This document shows, in pieces, positions 39,474 through 52,330 of a stretch of DNA of 64,000 nucleotides (position 1 is the stretch's first letter; the number at the start of each line of letters is the position of its first letter). Position numbers and translations under genes: made by a program. The notes beneath the pieces were generated by a model. That model worked only from the letters and a program-made list of their open reading frames with translations, searched no databases and was not told where the DNA came from. Source of the DNA: Antedon mediterranea (lineage: Eukaryota > Animalia > Echinodermata); contig NC_092675.1 of the NCBI RefSeq assembly GCF_964355755.1, positions 20,866,912 through 20,930,911 of the forward strand, read 5' to 3'.

Positions 39474-41065
39474 CAGTGGTGGCGCCAGCGGGGGGCCGGG
39501 GGGGGGGGGGCAGGTCCCCCCGTCGGGGAAAGCTGGCCCCCCCCCGTCGGGGAGTATTGGCCATATTTGTCGGGGAGAAAAATGTGATCATTTCTTTTCT
39601 GGTAAAAAATAAAACCATATTAAGTGTACTACTATATATTTTAAGTAACTGCGGCATTCCATTTTTGACGTACGTACGATATACTGACAGCGAAGTAAAC
39701 AGTATGATGTGGTACGCATTTGTCTGGCGGTGTCTCTTTGTACGAATCTTTCATGGCTCACTGCGGTATACGCGTCGACATACCTGGGCTGTATCATATT
39801 ACATCCAGGGACCAAAATGTGTATTTTTCAGATTCCAGGCGAAAATCGAAAATTCATTTGCAACTACGCATCGAGGTACGTTCATACAGGGATAAAGGTA
39901 CAAGTTATGTTCTCACGGTTGAGTTTACGAATTGTTTCAATTTACCAATTATCCTTGGTGTACCGCGTATATGTTCGCTGTCGATTAAAGGCGTTTGGGT
40001 GGGGGTTCGATTGGGAAAAGGAAGCGGTTGGCCCGAACCATAAAACAGGGTCTGGTCACGTTTCTTTTCGCGCATAAATCTCGATCTAGGGTAGGTGGGT
40101 GAATAGGGTGTCTAGGGAAAAATAAGATGCACCAACCGGATTCAACGCACTTGACTTTTTTAATTAAGAAGAGTAGGCTAGAGCTATAGTTGTGTAAATA
40201 GGCCTACATAGTGAAAGAACTATTTATGAATTCAAGAGTTTAAAAAGAAAACGCATTTTAAAATCTTCGGAAAATACCCACAACTGAGTTATTTTTAAAA
40301 CACATGCACTCCCACTACCAGCATCACGTTGTCTTAGCTCGCTCCTCGTGTGAATGCTGACGTCATCACTCTCCAAAAATACACCATTTTCCGCCCTGGT
40401 CCGTGTGCAAGCGTTAGCGTGGACCTGTATATTTACACCCCTGTACAGAGTAGAGTGTAATATAGTGAACTCTTTTCTTGCGTATGAAGGTTTTTTTATA
40501 TAATGGTATGCAGTATAAACGATAAAAAAAACGATAAACATGATGTTCTTTTATTATTATTTCATAGGCATAACATAAACATGAAATGTCTTGTTCTATG
40601 TAGGCCTACACGGCCGAAAAAACGGCATTTTATTGATTTGTGTTATAGACACGGCGATTACGGCAATCATCATTGTATACGGTACTAAATTACATTGAGT
40701 TATTCACCCGGCTATAGGGTATATATCTGAGGTTAACAGACCACCAAAGCACAGTCGTACACTAAACACATGCACTATCGAGGCATTTTCGGATCAAAGT
40801 TTATTATTAGTTCGTCGTCCGTATTAGAGTATTTAGGAAAGATTTATTTAAATTTACATTATTATGTGACATTGTTATTAAATGTAATGGAAACAGTTGC
40901 TCTAGCCTATTAAACAGTGTGTATGCATCTATTTTTTCAAAATTTTCTGAGACTCTCCCAAACCCACCCCCGCTTTCGCGCGTACGGCCCCCCGTGGGGA
41001 ATTCGGCCCCCCCCGTCGGGGAATTCGCCCCCCCCCCCGTCGGGGAAATCCTGGCGCCACCACTG
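39474..41065. mobile_element. Non-autonomous hAT-like DNA transposon (1592 bp)
   Basis: 8-bp TSD CTAGCAAT (39466-39473, 41066-41073); perfect 15-bp TIR CAGTGGTGGCGCCAG; subterminal CCCCCCGTCGGGGA repeats at both ends; no transposase ORF. Confidence 0.93.
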
Positions 41066-41740
41066 CTAGCAATTATGCTGCATTAGGAAAGTTGAAAAGA
41101 AAGAGCTGTTCAGTAGTCTCGAACTCGGTTTTCTTGACAGGCGCCATACTATTAGACCACTGTTATTATATTCTAATGCATTTAAATTTTGAGCTAAAAA
41201 ACATATACGTGTGTAATAATAATTGTGAAAGATTCTTTGTTACTGACGCATGCACTATCATTCATATACACTCCTATACAAAGTGATGTCCTACATATAT
41301 GATATACACGACAGTTTAACGAAATCAGCGACACGGTTTTCACCGCGTTCAATTATTAATTCAAAATAATTCAATATATTTATTGATAAGGTAATACGTC
41401 TGTAGATTTGTATCATCTTCATGATTTCATTATTGACGTCTTGTAGAAATAGATTGCTGTGGCATGTCTAACAAATTGAGATATTGTATTTGATGATAAT
41501 CGAATTAAAAACGAAATGTTTTGTCGAATCTAGCGTGCCAGACTTAAAGTTAAATATTAAATTAAATGGTATATATAATGTCAAACTTGATGTGATCTAC
41601 CTAGACCATTTCCGTCATCCCACACCCACTGAAATTAGGTATAATTACCAATATACAAGAAGGTTTTCTTCATCTTCTTCCACGTCTGTGTTTATGTCTG
41701 TGAGTGTCTCCAGAGGGACGACGTAGAGGTAGAATTCTTT

Positions 41741-41818
41741 TCTGAGCTTCCTGTCCAGTCTGGTGTGCCACAGGGATCTCTTGTTGGCCCCACACATTTC
41801 CTCTTATATGTACACAAC
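41741..41818 (+). pseudogene. Relic of CR1/L2-type LINE reverse transcriptase
   Basis: Frame from 41741 reads SELPVQSGVPQGSLVGPTHFLLYVHN, the GVPQGSxLGPxLFxxY RT motif; flanks are decayed. Confidence 0.8.
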
Positions 41819-44800
41819 TCACATCATCTATTTCTCTTATGTCTGATAAGTAGTTTAATCTTCATATTGCTAATATAATAAGGAAAATGTAATCGTTGTT
41901 GTGAAATATTAATACTTTACAATAGTCTACTGGAAAATCTGATGGCACACTGGCATACGAAATGACATGCATTCAGGCAATGTACAGTATTCTTACAAAG
42001 AGGATACCACATTAATGTGTTGTTAATTATATAGACATGGGTCGTCCTATTAAACATATAATAATAATTAATAATATTGTTGTTTCAACAAATGTGTTTT
42101 TCTTTTTTTCCTTTTGTTGCCACACCTGTTTACGTATTTGTGGAAATAAAGAAAACAATACGGAGACTGGTTCGTTGGAGTTTAATATTAAACTGCAATC
42201 ACATGCGTACAATGAATATTATTACAGATACAAAAAGATAGATAGATAAAATCAACATCTATACTGGGAAATCTACTATAACGTCTAGAGAGACTATAGA
42301 TCACCTGTTGATTTCGATATGTTTTCAATAATAATTCGATTAAGTTTTTCCAATATCCAAGTTAAAATCTTTACAAGATTATAAATAAAAATAATTTGAA
42401 AAAAAAAATCCAAAAACAACACGATTGAGAGTGTATTTAAAGCAAAGCCAATAATGTATTTTTTTTATGTACATTCAAAACATCTTATCAGTTTAATTAT
42501 CTGGATTGTATTCTTTCCCATCATATAATAATACAAAAATACTAAACCAAAATAAGCATGCATGTGAAATCATGTCAATCAAAATCAATATATTTTAAAA
42601 CAGCTTTTTAACAGTTTTTTTGTCTTTTGTGGGTTTTTAAAATTTAAAAAACTTTTAAAATTGTTTCTTTCATTATGATTTTTACATTTATACATCTAAA
42701 AACATAATTACAGTATTCGGGTTGTAACATGCTACAAAGTAGAAAACATACATCTATACATACACCTTATACTAATTCATGATCACATATCTTTTCTTCA
42801 TTAATCATCAAATTATCTAGTTTTGTTTTAACAGTCTTATTTCATGTTATCTGTTTATTTCATGATATCTTCAATATCGATACTAAACCATTTTTTAAAG
42901 CAAACTAAACAAAGTTTCGCGTTGCATTTCAAGTGGGCTTTAATATACTTTTAATAATATTAAGATATAAGATATGTTCAGGTACAGTACTTATCTTATC
43001 TCCAGTTTTTTGTTCATGTAGGCCTACAAATACAAATTGAGGAGGCTAAGTTATAAGATCGTGCGACGATTTATCAAACGTGCCTTAGCCAAAAATAAAA
43101 TATTATTTTAGCGATTTTCAAAAGTTTTCAAAATCTGAGTAAATACTTGATTCCATTATAATATAATGCAGTAGATCACATTGGGTGTGATTTTATTTTA
43201 CAAAGGTAATCTTTAAAGCGTTGAAGGAAGAAAGAAAGAACTAGAAAAAGTATCAAATATATATATTTGTGAATATTTGGTTTTTGAACAGACTTCTAAC
43301 AAAATGTTTCCAGTTATTGTTTCCGTTACAAATCCGCCCAAACTTATTTTCGATCTGTTTTCTTTTAAAGTTGATACCTTGTAATGTTCTTTAAGAAGTA
43401 AATTAGTTCACAGAAATGATCTACACTTTATATAAGCGGATACAATCCGTTCTCGCTACATAGAAACAGCAGCATGAAAACTATTTTAGAAAGATATCTT
43501 CCGGAATGAAAAATAACTTCTTGGAAAAAAAATCAGTATCCCATAGATGCCAACAGAAAAGACGTAAAATTGCTCCTGAGCCTGTTGATTTTATTTATTT
43601 TTTCAAAGTAAATTTAATACCAATATAAAATATACAAGACAAAAGTATCTATAATAATAAACTGAGGCCTAGACCTTATGTTGGGATGTAATTCCAAGAA
43701 ATCAGGTGTATTTACACAATGTGCCATTATTATTTCATTTAGTTATCTTAAACAATAACAGAACAGAGAACAAACAGCAACCAAGGAGAGAGAAAATAAA
43801 AATGGAGTACTACATCGAGCGGTTTCCCGTTTTAAAATATAGTAGCCTCCTTTGGAATATCCTATAAAGGGCATCTTTATCAATGGAACTTTAACTTCAT
43901 TCAATTCAATGGAATGAAGCTAAAGTTAAAGCTAGAAACAGAATTGACTGGAGAGAGCATCTTATAGCCATATGGGACACTTGTTCCGCGGAGGAAAGGT
44001 AATGGTAAGGTTATATCAATGGACACCCTTATTAAGGTAACACATTCTTGCGAAACGAAAATAAATGTACCGCTATTTAGGGTCCGGGGATACTTTGTAC
44101 TCAATAATAAGGGGCGCTACCTGAAATTGATATGCCATCCTTCGTTCTAAACAAGGTATTATTGGTGTTATTAGGGTTGTATTTAAAAAGACTAAATTCT
44201 ATACAAAATATAAATAGATCTACACGAACAAAAGGTTTAATATTAGATAATCATTAGTTATTGTTATTTAAATAATTGTGATATTCACGACTCACTGGTT
44301 ACCTATAGGCCTAGATTATGACCGAAGAAGCATCGAAACTATTAATACATTTTCTAAAGTAACAAAACAAACGTTGAATACATAAAAACATAATAATATG
44401 ACCTTTGCCAGTTCCCAATTGCCAACAATCTTCTTCTAGAGGGTTTGTAACTACAATACGTCACGGTGGATCGTTTCCGCGAACAATGTCATAAGCAAGC
44501 ATTAGCTATTTTTAAATATAAAACAAACGTAGGAAACCCATGGTCTAAATATAGCAATACGTGACGAAAAGGATATATCATTATACCATATGTCTATTAA
44601 CTAATTTTGGTTATTTGTGATCACACATATTAAAACGATGTTTCTTTATTTTTATATTAAAAATTCAGATTTGTTTGTATTGATGTCAATATTTTCATTA
44701 TAGCAGGTTTAACGATATTCGTTGCTTTTAGGCCTATGTAGACTAAAAAAAAATCCAATAATTTTCTCCGACCATTAATTATTATTTGACTACAATACAG

Positions 44801-45234
44801 TAATTCTATTTCTTGTCAAGTTCTTGTAAGTAAATATGTACCGTAATAAAAGGTTAATGAAAATGAAGATATTTCAAACTAATTCTCCGGGTAAACATTT
44901 TGATGTCTCTTGAATTTGTTTTTTTGTTGTAATTAATTCAAGATTCAATTTTATTTTGACAATTAAAATGAAACTAATGAGTAAATTTTCAATTTTTTTT
45001 TCAGCTAGGACCTATCTGGGTCTATGGCTCAAATTACCTTTGAAAATGTAACCATGATGAAAATCAACACTAAATACTTAAGATGACACTGTCGCATTCC
45101 TGAATTCATACTCCACCCCGCCCTCACCAATTACGTATATGAAACAATCTTACATACAGATTGCTAAAGCATTTAATAAAAAAAAAAACACAAAAGTATA
45201 GTAGGCCTAAGCCTAATCGGTACTCTACTCTTAA

Positions 45235-45263
45235 AAGTAGTAGTAGTAGTAGTAGTAGTAGTA
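45235..45263. repeat. (AGT)n microsatellite
   Basis: About 9 perfect AGT units. Confidence 0.95.
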
Positions 45264-45699
45264 ATTAGTATACAGTCTTGTTAATTTTTAATTCATTTAT
45301 TTGTAAATTTTACTTTCTATGGACCAGAGATTCCGAAATAAAAAATTGAATGAAAAAGTAATAATTCAGATGGGATAGGAATTATGTATATGAAATGCGT
45401 TAAAATAAAAAAATGTGTGTAATAAGGAAAATAATTCTATAGATTGAACGTGATTAACTTAGTGAAAACGGTGACAGATAAAAATAAATGGTCTATAAAA
45501 AGGTAGATTTTATAAGCATTTTCCAATCCATTGTTTTGAAAATAAACTCTTTAAAAAACACGAATATGTTCGTAAACAATATATTGAAATACACTTCAAA
45601 AGACAGAAAAACCATTGTATAAAATCTTGCAGAATTATTCGCAAGTAATGTCCGTTAAAAATCCCCTTTTTACTACCACTTGTAGCCATTCCACCAGTC

Positions 45700-46150
45700 A
45701 TAATGTTTACCTGTGACGTTTCAAAAGTTTGTTATTATGCGCATGTGTAGATCTATTGAATTCCCAACTCTATTATGTCGTCACATTCATTCACAAATTC
45801 TCAAGCAATAACCGGATACTACCGGAAGCATTTTTGCCCTTATATGGAATGTAGGCTGGAATCTACGACTCGTCACGAGTGAGCTAGACCAATTACAAGC
45901 GAGACTGCAGCTTCCGGTTATTGTCGAGCCTCTTTGGTAGATTAGTTTTTATAAATACTACAGGAACTATATCATTGTATCAACAGAGTGCCATAAATCG
46001 GAGGCGGAGTTAACTTTTTCGGTAGGTATTGAAATACTAAAAGCTGAGAAAAGGTAGTTCACTCGCATGAGTCATGCAATGAGAGAAGGATAATAGTTAA
46101 TATAGAGCTTGTAAAGGTACCAACACTCACAACATTCATACAGGTAAGCA
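45700..46150 (+). promoter_or_regulatory. Candidate distal promoter and non-coding first exon (possibly of the IRF gene)
   Basis: TGCGCATG, two ETS cores (CCGGAAG, CTTCCGG), CCAAT, TATAAATA at 45950-45957, AP-1 TGAGTCA at 46068, donor CAG|GTAAGC at 46143/46144. Confidence 0.4.
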
Positions 46151-47995
46151 ATACATTTATATAGGCCTAGGCCTAATTATGAAGTACGCAGGTACAGTCA
46201 TGTGACTGATTAGTCATTATTAAACCAATTAAAAGTATTAGGGATTGTTATCATTATTGGTTAATTATAATAGGCCTACAGATGTGTACCGTAACTTTCC
46301 GAGAGGAAGATGAAGTTCGATCGAGAGGAAGCTGTTGTTATCTAAATTAAAGAGTAAGACATAATGTATTATTTTCCATGGGGAAGTTACCGGTAGTGTT
46401 TACAGGTGAAGCATATAGATAAACACTACATGGCGGGTAAACTTAGGGTGGGTGGTGCAACCAGTCGAGCCTACCTTTCGACATGGAAACCTGTACAATT
46501 GGTACTCATTTAAAAGTAAAGTGTAGGCCTAAACATTTATAGATGATAAAGTTGATAGCTGTTATCTTCAGACATGAGGCCGGTGATTTATTTTTTTAAG
46601 AGGATGTAGTGAAGTATCGAGATAAAAAGTAAATACATCCCGGGGCAGTTTACCTAGGGTGGGTGAGATTCGTTATTAAACGGGTAGGGTGACAACAATT
46701 TAGAATATGTCATCAGGAACTACTTGGGACCTATTCAGGAAGTTATATTCAACAATGTAATTAAATGATTAGTCTTATATTAGTGTTAGGATTTTGTGCA
46801 TACACTTTATATTGCATTTTCAAATAGTTTCAAAGGTTCGATGAGACACATTTTTACATTGACTACTTTTTTAAAATAAGTTACAATATTGGCATTTTTC
46901 GAATTGCAAAAATGAATTACGTCGACAGATAAAGTCTCAACAAAATGACATGATGATTTACATAGAGATAAGATACCTGGAGTTGACAATATGAAATGTT
47001 AGATTAACTTTCAATTTGTAACATATTATTATAGGCCTACAGTGAATTTAATCAACGTTTTAAATTGTTTGAAAGGCCTATTTATATATCTTAAAGAACT
47101 GCACATTAACAATAGCCATTTCCTAAAATATTAATCTAAATGATAAATTGTATATCAAACCATATGATTTTTTTTGTATATTAATAGTATAACAATTACC
47201 CATGAAGTACAACACGTCCTTTATAGTTAAGCTACAAAACTACAATAGAAATAATAGAATAGGATTAAAGTTCGACAAAGTACTTAAAAAGAGGCGATCT
47301 GCTTAAGTATTTAGGAATTGATTCACTGTGATACCATGTGTAAAAGTCATCTCTTGTATTTGTTCTTAATTGTTATTATAAATCAACAGGTTAGATAACA
47401 ACATTATAATTAATAATAAATATTTACCATTGTTATCATTATTATAATCTATGCTGATAATACGCATATTATACATAAATTATACTGTGCAAAAGTACGT
47501 TAGGAAACGTTTGGCTAGAGATAGCCTTACGTGCTTATAACAGGCGCACAAAACTTACGGTAACCTTCAATACCGGTAACAAATTAATCGAGCCGTAAAA
47601 TATTAATTTTTCCAGTAAATCGGTATATATTAATTTTTCCAGGTATATATTCTTGTTTACCTTACATATGGCTTGTTTCTTTATTATCGACCTAGTAGTT
47701 CTGTTTTGTAAAATTTCATTTATACTGTAGTATTTTCTAGTCTATCTTAATTAAAGACAACTTATGGTCGCTAATTAGAATCAATTTAAAATTAAAAATC
47801 ATTTTGTCCTGTGTCCGGTTTTATTGGTCAAGCTGTATATGAGTTTCTTTGACGGTTCAACCAAAAGGTGATTCATTTAATAAAGGAACATTTAGTCATG
47901 GACGAGATTTAGGCCTATAATATAACATTGAAATAACACATCCCTGAAATACCAATTAGAAGACTTTTATAACTTTGTAATAAGATGTATCAACG

Positions 47996-48356
47996 TTTCC
48001 AAATAATGGTTACATTCCTCTTTGTTTATTGTCATTAAAGTTTATCGTAAAATACAATAGTTTGCAAAAAAAAAATTATCTGGTAGAATACAATGAAAGA
48101 ACCAGAACTATTAGAAGCCAAATAGTAAAGTATATGTTTTTGTTTAAGCAGGGAGTTGTTACAACTCCCTGGTTTAAGAGTAGGCTTAATAATTTCCAAA
48201 TGATGGTTACATTCATCTTTAATTAAAGTTTATCATAAAATACAATAGTTTGCAAAAAAAAATATCTGGTAGAAAAGGCCTACAATGGAAGAACCAGAAC
48301 TATTATTAGAAGCCAAATAGTAAAGTATATGTTTTTGTTTATAGTATAGGCTTACT
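47996..48356. repeat. Tandem duplication, ~170-200-bp unit x2
   Basis: TTTCCAAAT.ATGGTTACATTC...AGAAGCCAAATAGTAAAGTATATGTTTTTGTTTA occurs twice; the copies differ by short insertions. Confidence 0.9.
48149..48171. other. Mini-hairpin with 7-bp TSD (probable P-type excision footprint)
   Basis: GTTTAAG | CAGGGAGTTGTTACAACTCCCTG | GTTTAAG; absent from the adjacent duplicate copy. Confidence 0.75.
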
Positions 48357-51300
48357 ATAATTAAAAACAGTCGACAGATTTTAAATTATGTTTATGTAAC
48401 CGAATGTTTAACATAACTAAGTTGAATGATAGTTCAGAACACTTCGTGGTGACCGGGTAATACATACATGTTAATGTCAAATTAGTGTTAAAATACCCAC
48501 AAGAATAAAGAGAGCGGTAAAAAGAATCCCTAAATGTCAATTAGTTTGTACGATCATCTGGAATATTTCGTAATTTTCAATGTTTATTAAATATGATGAT
48601 AGACATGTTATTAAATTATGCTATATTATAGTATTGCTTCTTGTCTGTTAGTTACAACTGTTTACTCATGAGGATAGCTTGATCCTTGTCTTTTATGTGT
48701 CAGTTGAACATGATTAAGGGCAGAACAATTCAGTTCTATTTACGCGTACAGTAGCGTCCTATCCAAACTCAGTTAATCAGCCTAACTAAAATAAAACTTC
48801 TGGTTAAGATCAATATTAACGGTTGTAAAAGGTTAGCCCAACGTATAAACAGAAAGTTTAGGCCTACTATCTATCCGCCCATCCATGATCGATTGCAAGT
48901 TCGTCGTAGTGTCACGTGCTAATCGATCACTTCGCGTCACCAATGAGGAACGCGCTGAAAGATTCATCCTTGATATTGAAGCATCATGAGTCAGAAGAAA
49001 AGCTAAACCATCTTCTGGCTTACATTAAATTCCATTGGCTTAATGATAGGAAACTATAAAGGATACGCCAATGTTTGACCAATTAGAGTATGCATACTAA
49101 CCCATGGGTTCTATCATTGTGCTTAAACTTGAAGATTATATCTATTTCTGAGGCATGGCACTGTGCTGAATCGACTAGGAAAACCTAATAAGACAGGAGG
49201 CGGATGTGCCCTGTTCAGGGACTAAATCAGGATGGGTTGACCTAACACCTTGATGGGCCTAAGGGACTTGAATCTGAACTCGCACACCACATGCTTTATA
49301 ATTGATTTAAATTATCATATCGTTTATCTGACTTGCTTATGAGTATACACTTGATCCCGTCAGGAAGAAAATGGACGGCAACATGTACCGCCCAACAAAG
49401 AGCGAATTACTGAATCTTAGACATTGAACAGGTAACACCTCTCAATCAAATGATAACTTATATAGAATATAGAACGAAGGTAACTTTAATAACGAAACAT
49501 AATTTTGAATATTATTGAATGTCCACGATAACTAATGGGTGCCGTAAAATGACGTTTTTAAATCTCATCAAATCGTTTTGTATCGGATCTAAGAATCCTA
49601 TAGTTTATAGCCTAAGCCTAGTAAACTATTTTCGGTAATATAAATTGTTTTGTTTTCACTTACGAATAGTTACAATTTCATGTGAAAAACACTCGTTTCA
49701 AGGTCAACAACCGTCATACTAATATTTTGAACGAGCGCGGCGCAAAGAAAGACGAAACAGTAACGAATGACCATATGCGGCGCATAAAGACGCGACGGCA
49801 ACTAATAGTAGTAAAATAACGATCAAACGTGCCGCATTGAAAAAGACACAAAAGAGAGAGAAAAAAAGAAAAAGACAGACAACTGTAACAGTAAAACGAT
49901 CGAATGCGAAAAAGCATTACAGAATTATGGTCACATGAATGTCAATTCATATATTTTATGAAATATGAAGAAACAACAAATGTTGTGTATTCGTCATCTG
50001 GAAATGGTAGTGTACAATGTACTATGAATAATTGTCTAATAATAGATAAATAATTACTTATTATATCCCAAGGAGCATTCCTCCATAGTTGAACGTTATA
50101 TTAACATGTTACATACAAGACAAATGGTGACAAAAACAAGGTAATATTTCCCACATGTATTGAGAATATATTGATGATCGTTGTCTGTCAATCATATACG
50201 GTACCTGATTGGGAGCTTCTGTCGACTTGTTGAGTTACTTCTGTAGCAAAACAGACGCACACGCGACAAGCTCGCTTACTCCATAGAGAGCGCTATTTGA
50301 GATCGCCAGCATGTGCGATTGCATTGGGCATGTGAATTATGTGCGGCGAGTGTATTCAAGTTACTGGATAGTGTTTTGAATCAGTGTTACCATCGCTTTA
50401 AATGTCACTATTAATTTCCATGACCTCGTGTTCCTGGGAATAGTTTCATTTCTCCACTCTGTGGTTTGTGTCCAGCTTTCTTTACTTGCTATCCAAGTAC
50501 TGTATGTTCAAATTAGTGGTATAAGAACTTCACCATGTTTAATTAATGATAGGCCCTATTAGTACCAGTAGCCTAAGTGTTCAGAGGTGTTCTCCATCGC
50601 CACTTAAGTTCTTCAGTTTGCCGCAATGACACGCTTGAACTACAAACGTTCTCCTGATTGGTTGAAAGTCGACATGTTGTAACGCGCTCTATTTGTGCGG
50701 TTCTAAACGATTTACCGTTACTTTGGTAACTCCTTTTTTTACTTTTTATTACCTTTAGGCCTCTATAAAAAAGATTATTAAAAAACTTTAGGAGAATAAA
50801 TTATTTGTCGCACGAATTGCTTCGAAATAGAAATCATCCCGATAAAAATTGTAATAAAAATAGATAATTCTGTCTAAAAAGTGACATTCCGTCTATCAAA
50901 TGATTATGTGTCTAACATTGAAAATCGGATGGCAGTGCGTAAGATAACGCGGAATATCGTCACTTAAAAGGAATTCAATTAACACAATGTAATTAAAGTA
51001 CAAGCTAATCAGTCCTGATTAATTGTCATCAGGAGTTTCGTGGCTGGTACTGAGAAACTTAAATTAACTTATCATCTATGTTGCCATATTTGAAATACCC
51101 CTGATGCAATTTATTTCTACTAACAGTGCAGCGCTACGAAAAGTCATGTGATGTGACGTCATAGATAATAGTTTGAAGGTCGTAGATCAAGTAACGTAAA
51201 CTTGACATTTTAGCATAATACTTCCATTTATGTGATGTTCATTTCCATGGTAACTATTTGACCACAAAACGGGGTCAAAGTCAAACAAGGTTAGACGATG

Positions 51301-51999
51301 TTGAAGTTGCGTAATAGGCCTATATAAATTCCACATTCTTTTAGGATTAATAAAGACAGGTGAATCCAAAATTGTAAAGGTATTCCTTTACGCTAGCTGA
51401 ATAAACTCAATTAGTTGTGACTCAGTGTAGCGGCATAGAGGCCACACTGACTACCATGCTATGGTATCCAGTAATTAAATGAAAAGTGTTGCTTAATATT
51501 TAGTTGATTAGTCGTGGGTTGGTTGTTCGAACAGGTTGTTTAGCTGGAGTTGTATTGTATTGCCTGATATGCATTTTTAAGCTGTAGTAAATTATTACTA
51601 GGCTTCCAGAAATTGTAATAACCGGAACTCGACAGTTATGCGTCTTTGGAAAAATGTTATTCTAAGGTAAGTTTTAATTGTACAATGTTCGCACTGATGC
51701 CGGATGCAAAACCCAAGTAGTCGTCTAAGGGTCTTTTTTGTTACGAATATATTGCTCAATTACCCTATCAATGGCAGATGTCCAATTGTTTTCAAATAAC
51801 TGATTATTATTTTTAATAATTACCATCCCATTGTCAATGTTCATCCATTGTACCAATATCATATGATACCGATATAATGAGGACACGCGCAGTACAACCA
51901 GCTACATGAGTACCACGCGAAGGGGGTATTCATTTACAACGAGTATTTATTAACAAACGATTGGACAAAGATATCATTTTGAAAGTGACGCAAAATATT

Positions 52000-52330
52000 T
52001 AGGTGCATAGGCCAATAAGAAACTTTTAGGAATTTTTCAATTAATGTAAAAGTTGTGTTTAAAAGAAAATAAAAACACCAAACAGTGTTCACTATCACCA
52101 CTTCTATTCTGCGCATGTGTGAACATGTTCTGCGCATACGAAGAGTATTGCGAGTAGTTTTAAATGTCATCATCAACCCAAAAGACGACGTGTAGCTAGG
52201 ACCCAACACACTACGAACGAGGAGCTGACAAACAAAGGATCCACCGGGAAAGGATACATTCTTTATCCATCTTCAAACGCACAGGAGTTGTTAAAACCAA
52301 TGGAACGGGACAACCCGGGAACATGTAAGA
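52000..52330 (+). promoter_or_regulatory. Second candidate promoter and leader exon upstream of IRF
   Basis: GCCAAT at 52011, two TGCGCAT motifs (52110, 52131), GC-richer leader ending in AT|GTAAGA at 52324/52325. Confidence 0.35.

Noticed and set aside
39466-40541. Overlapping ORFs inside the hAT-like element as a transposase or cargo gene
   Set aside because: No BED finger, DDE or hAT dimerisation motif; the ORFs arise from the GC-rich end and local stop-codon scarcity.
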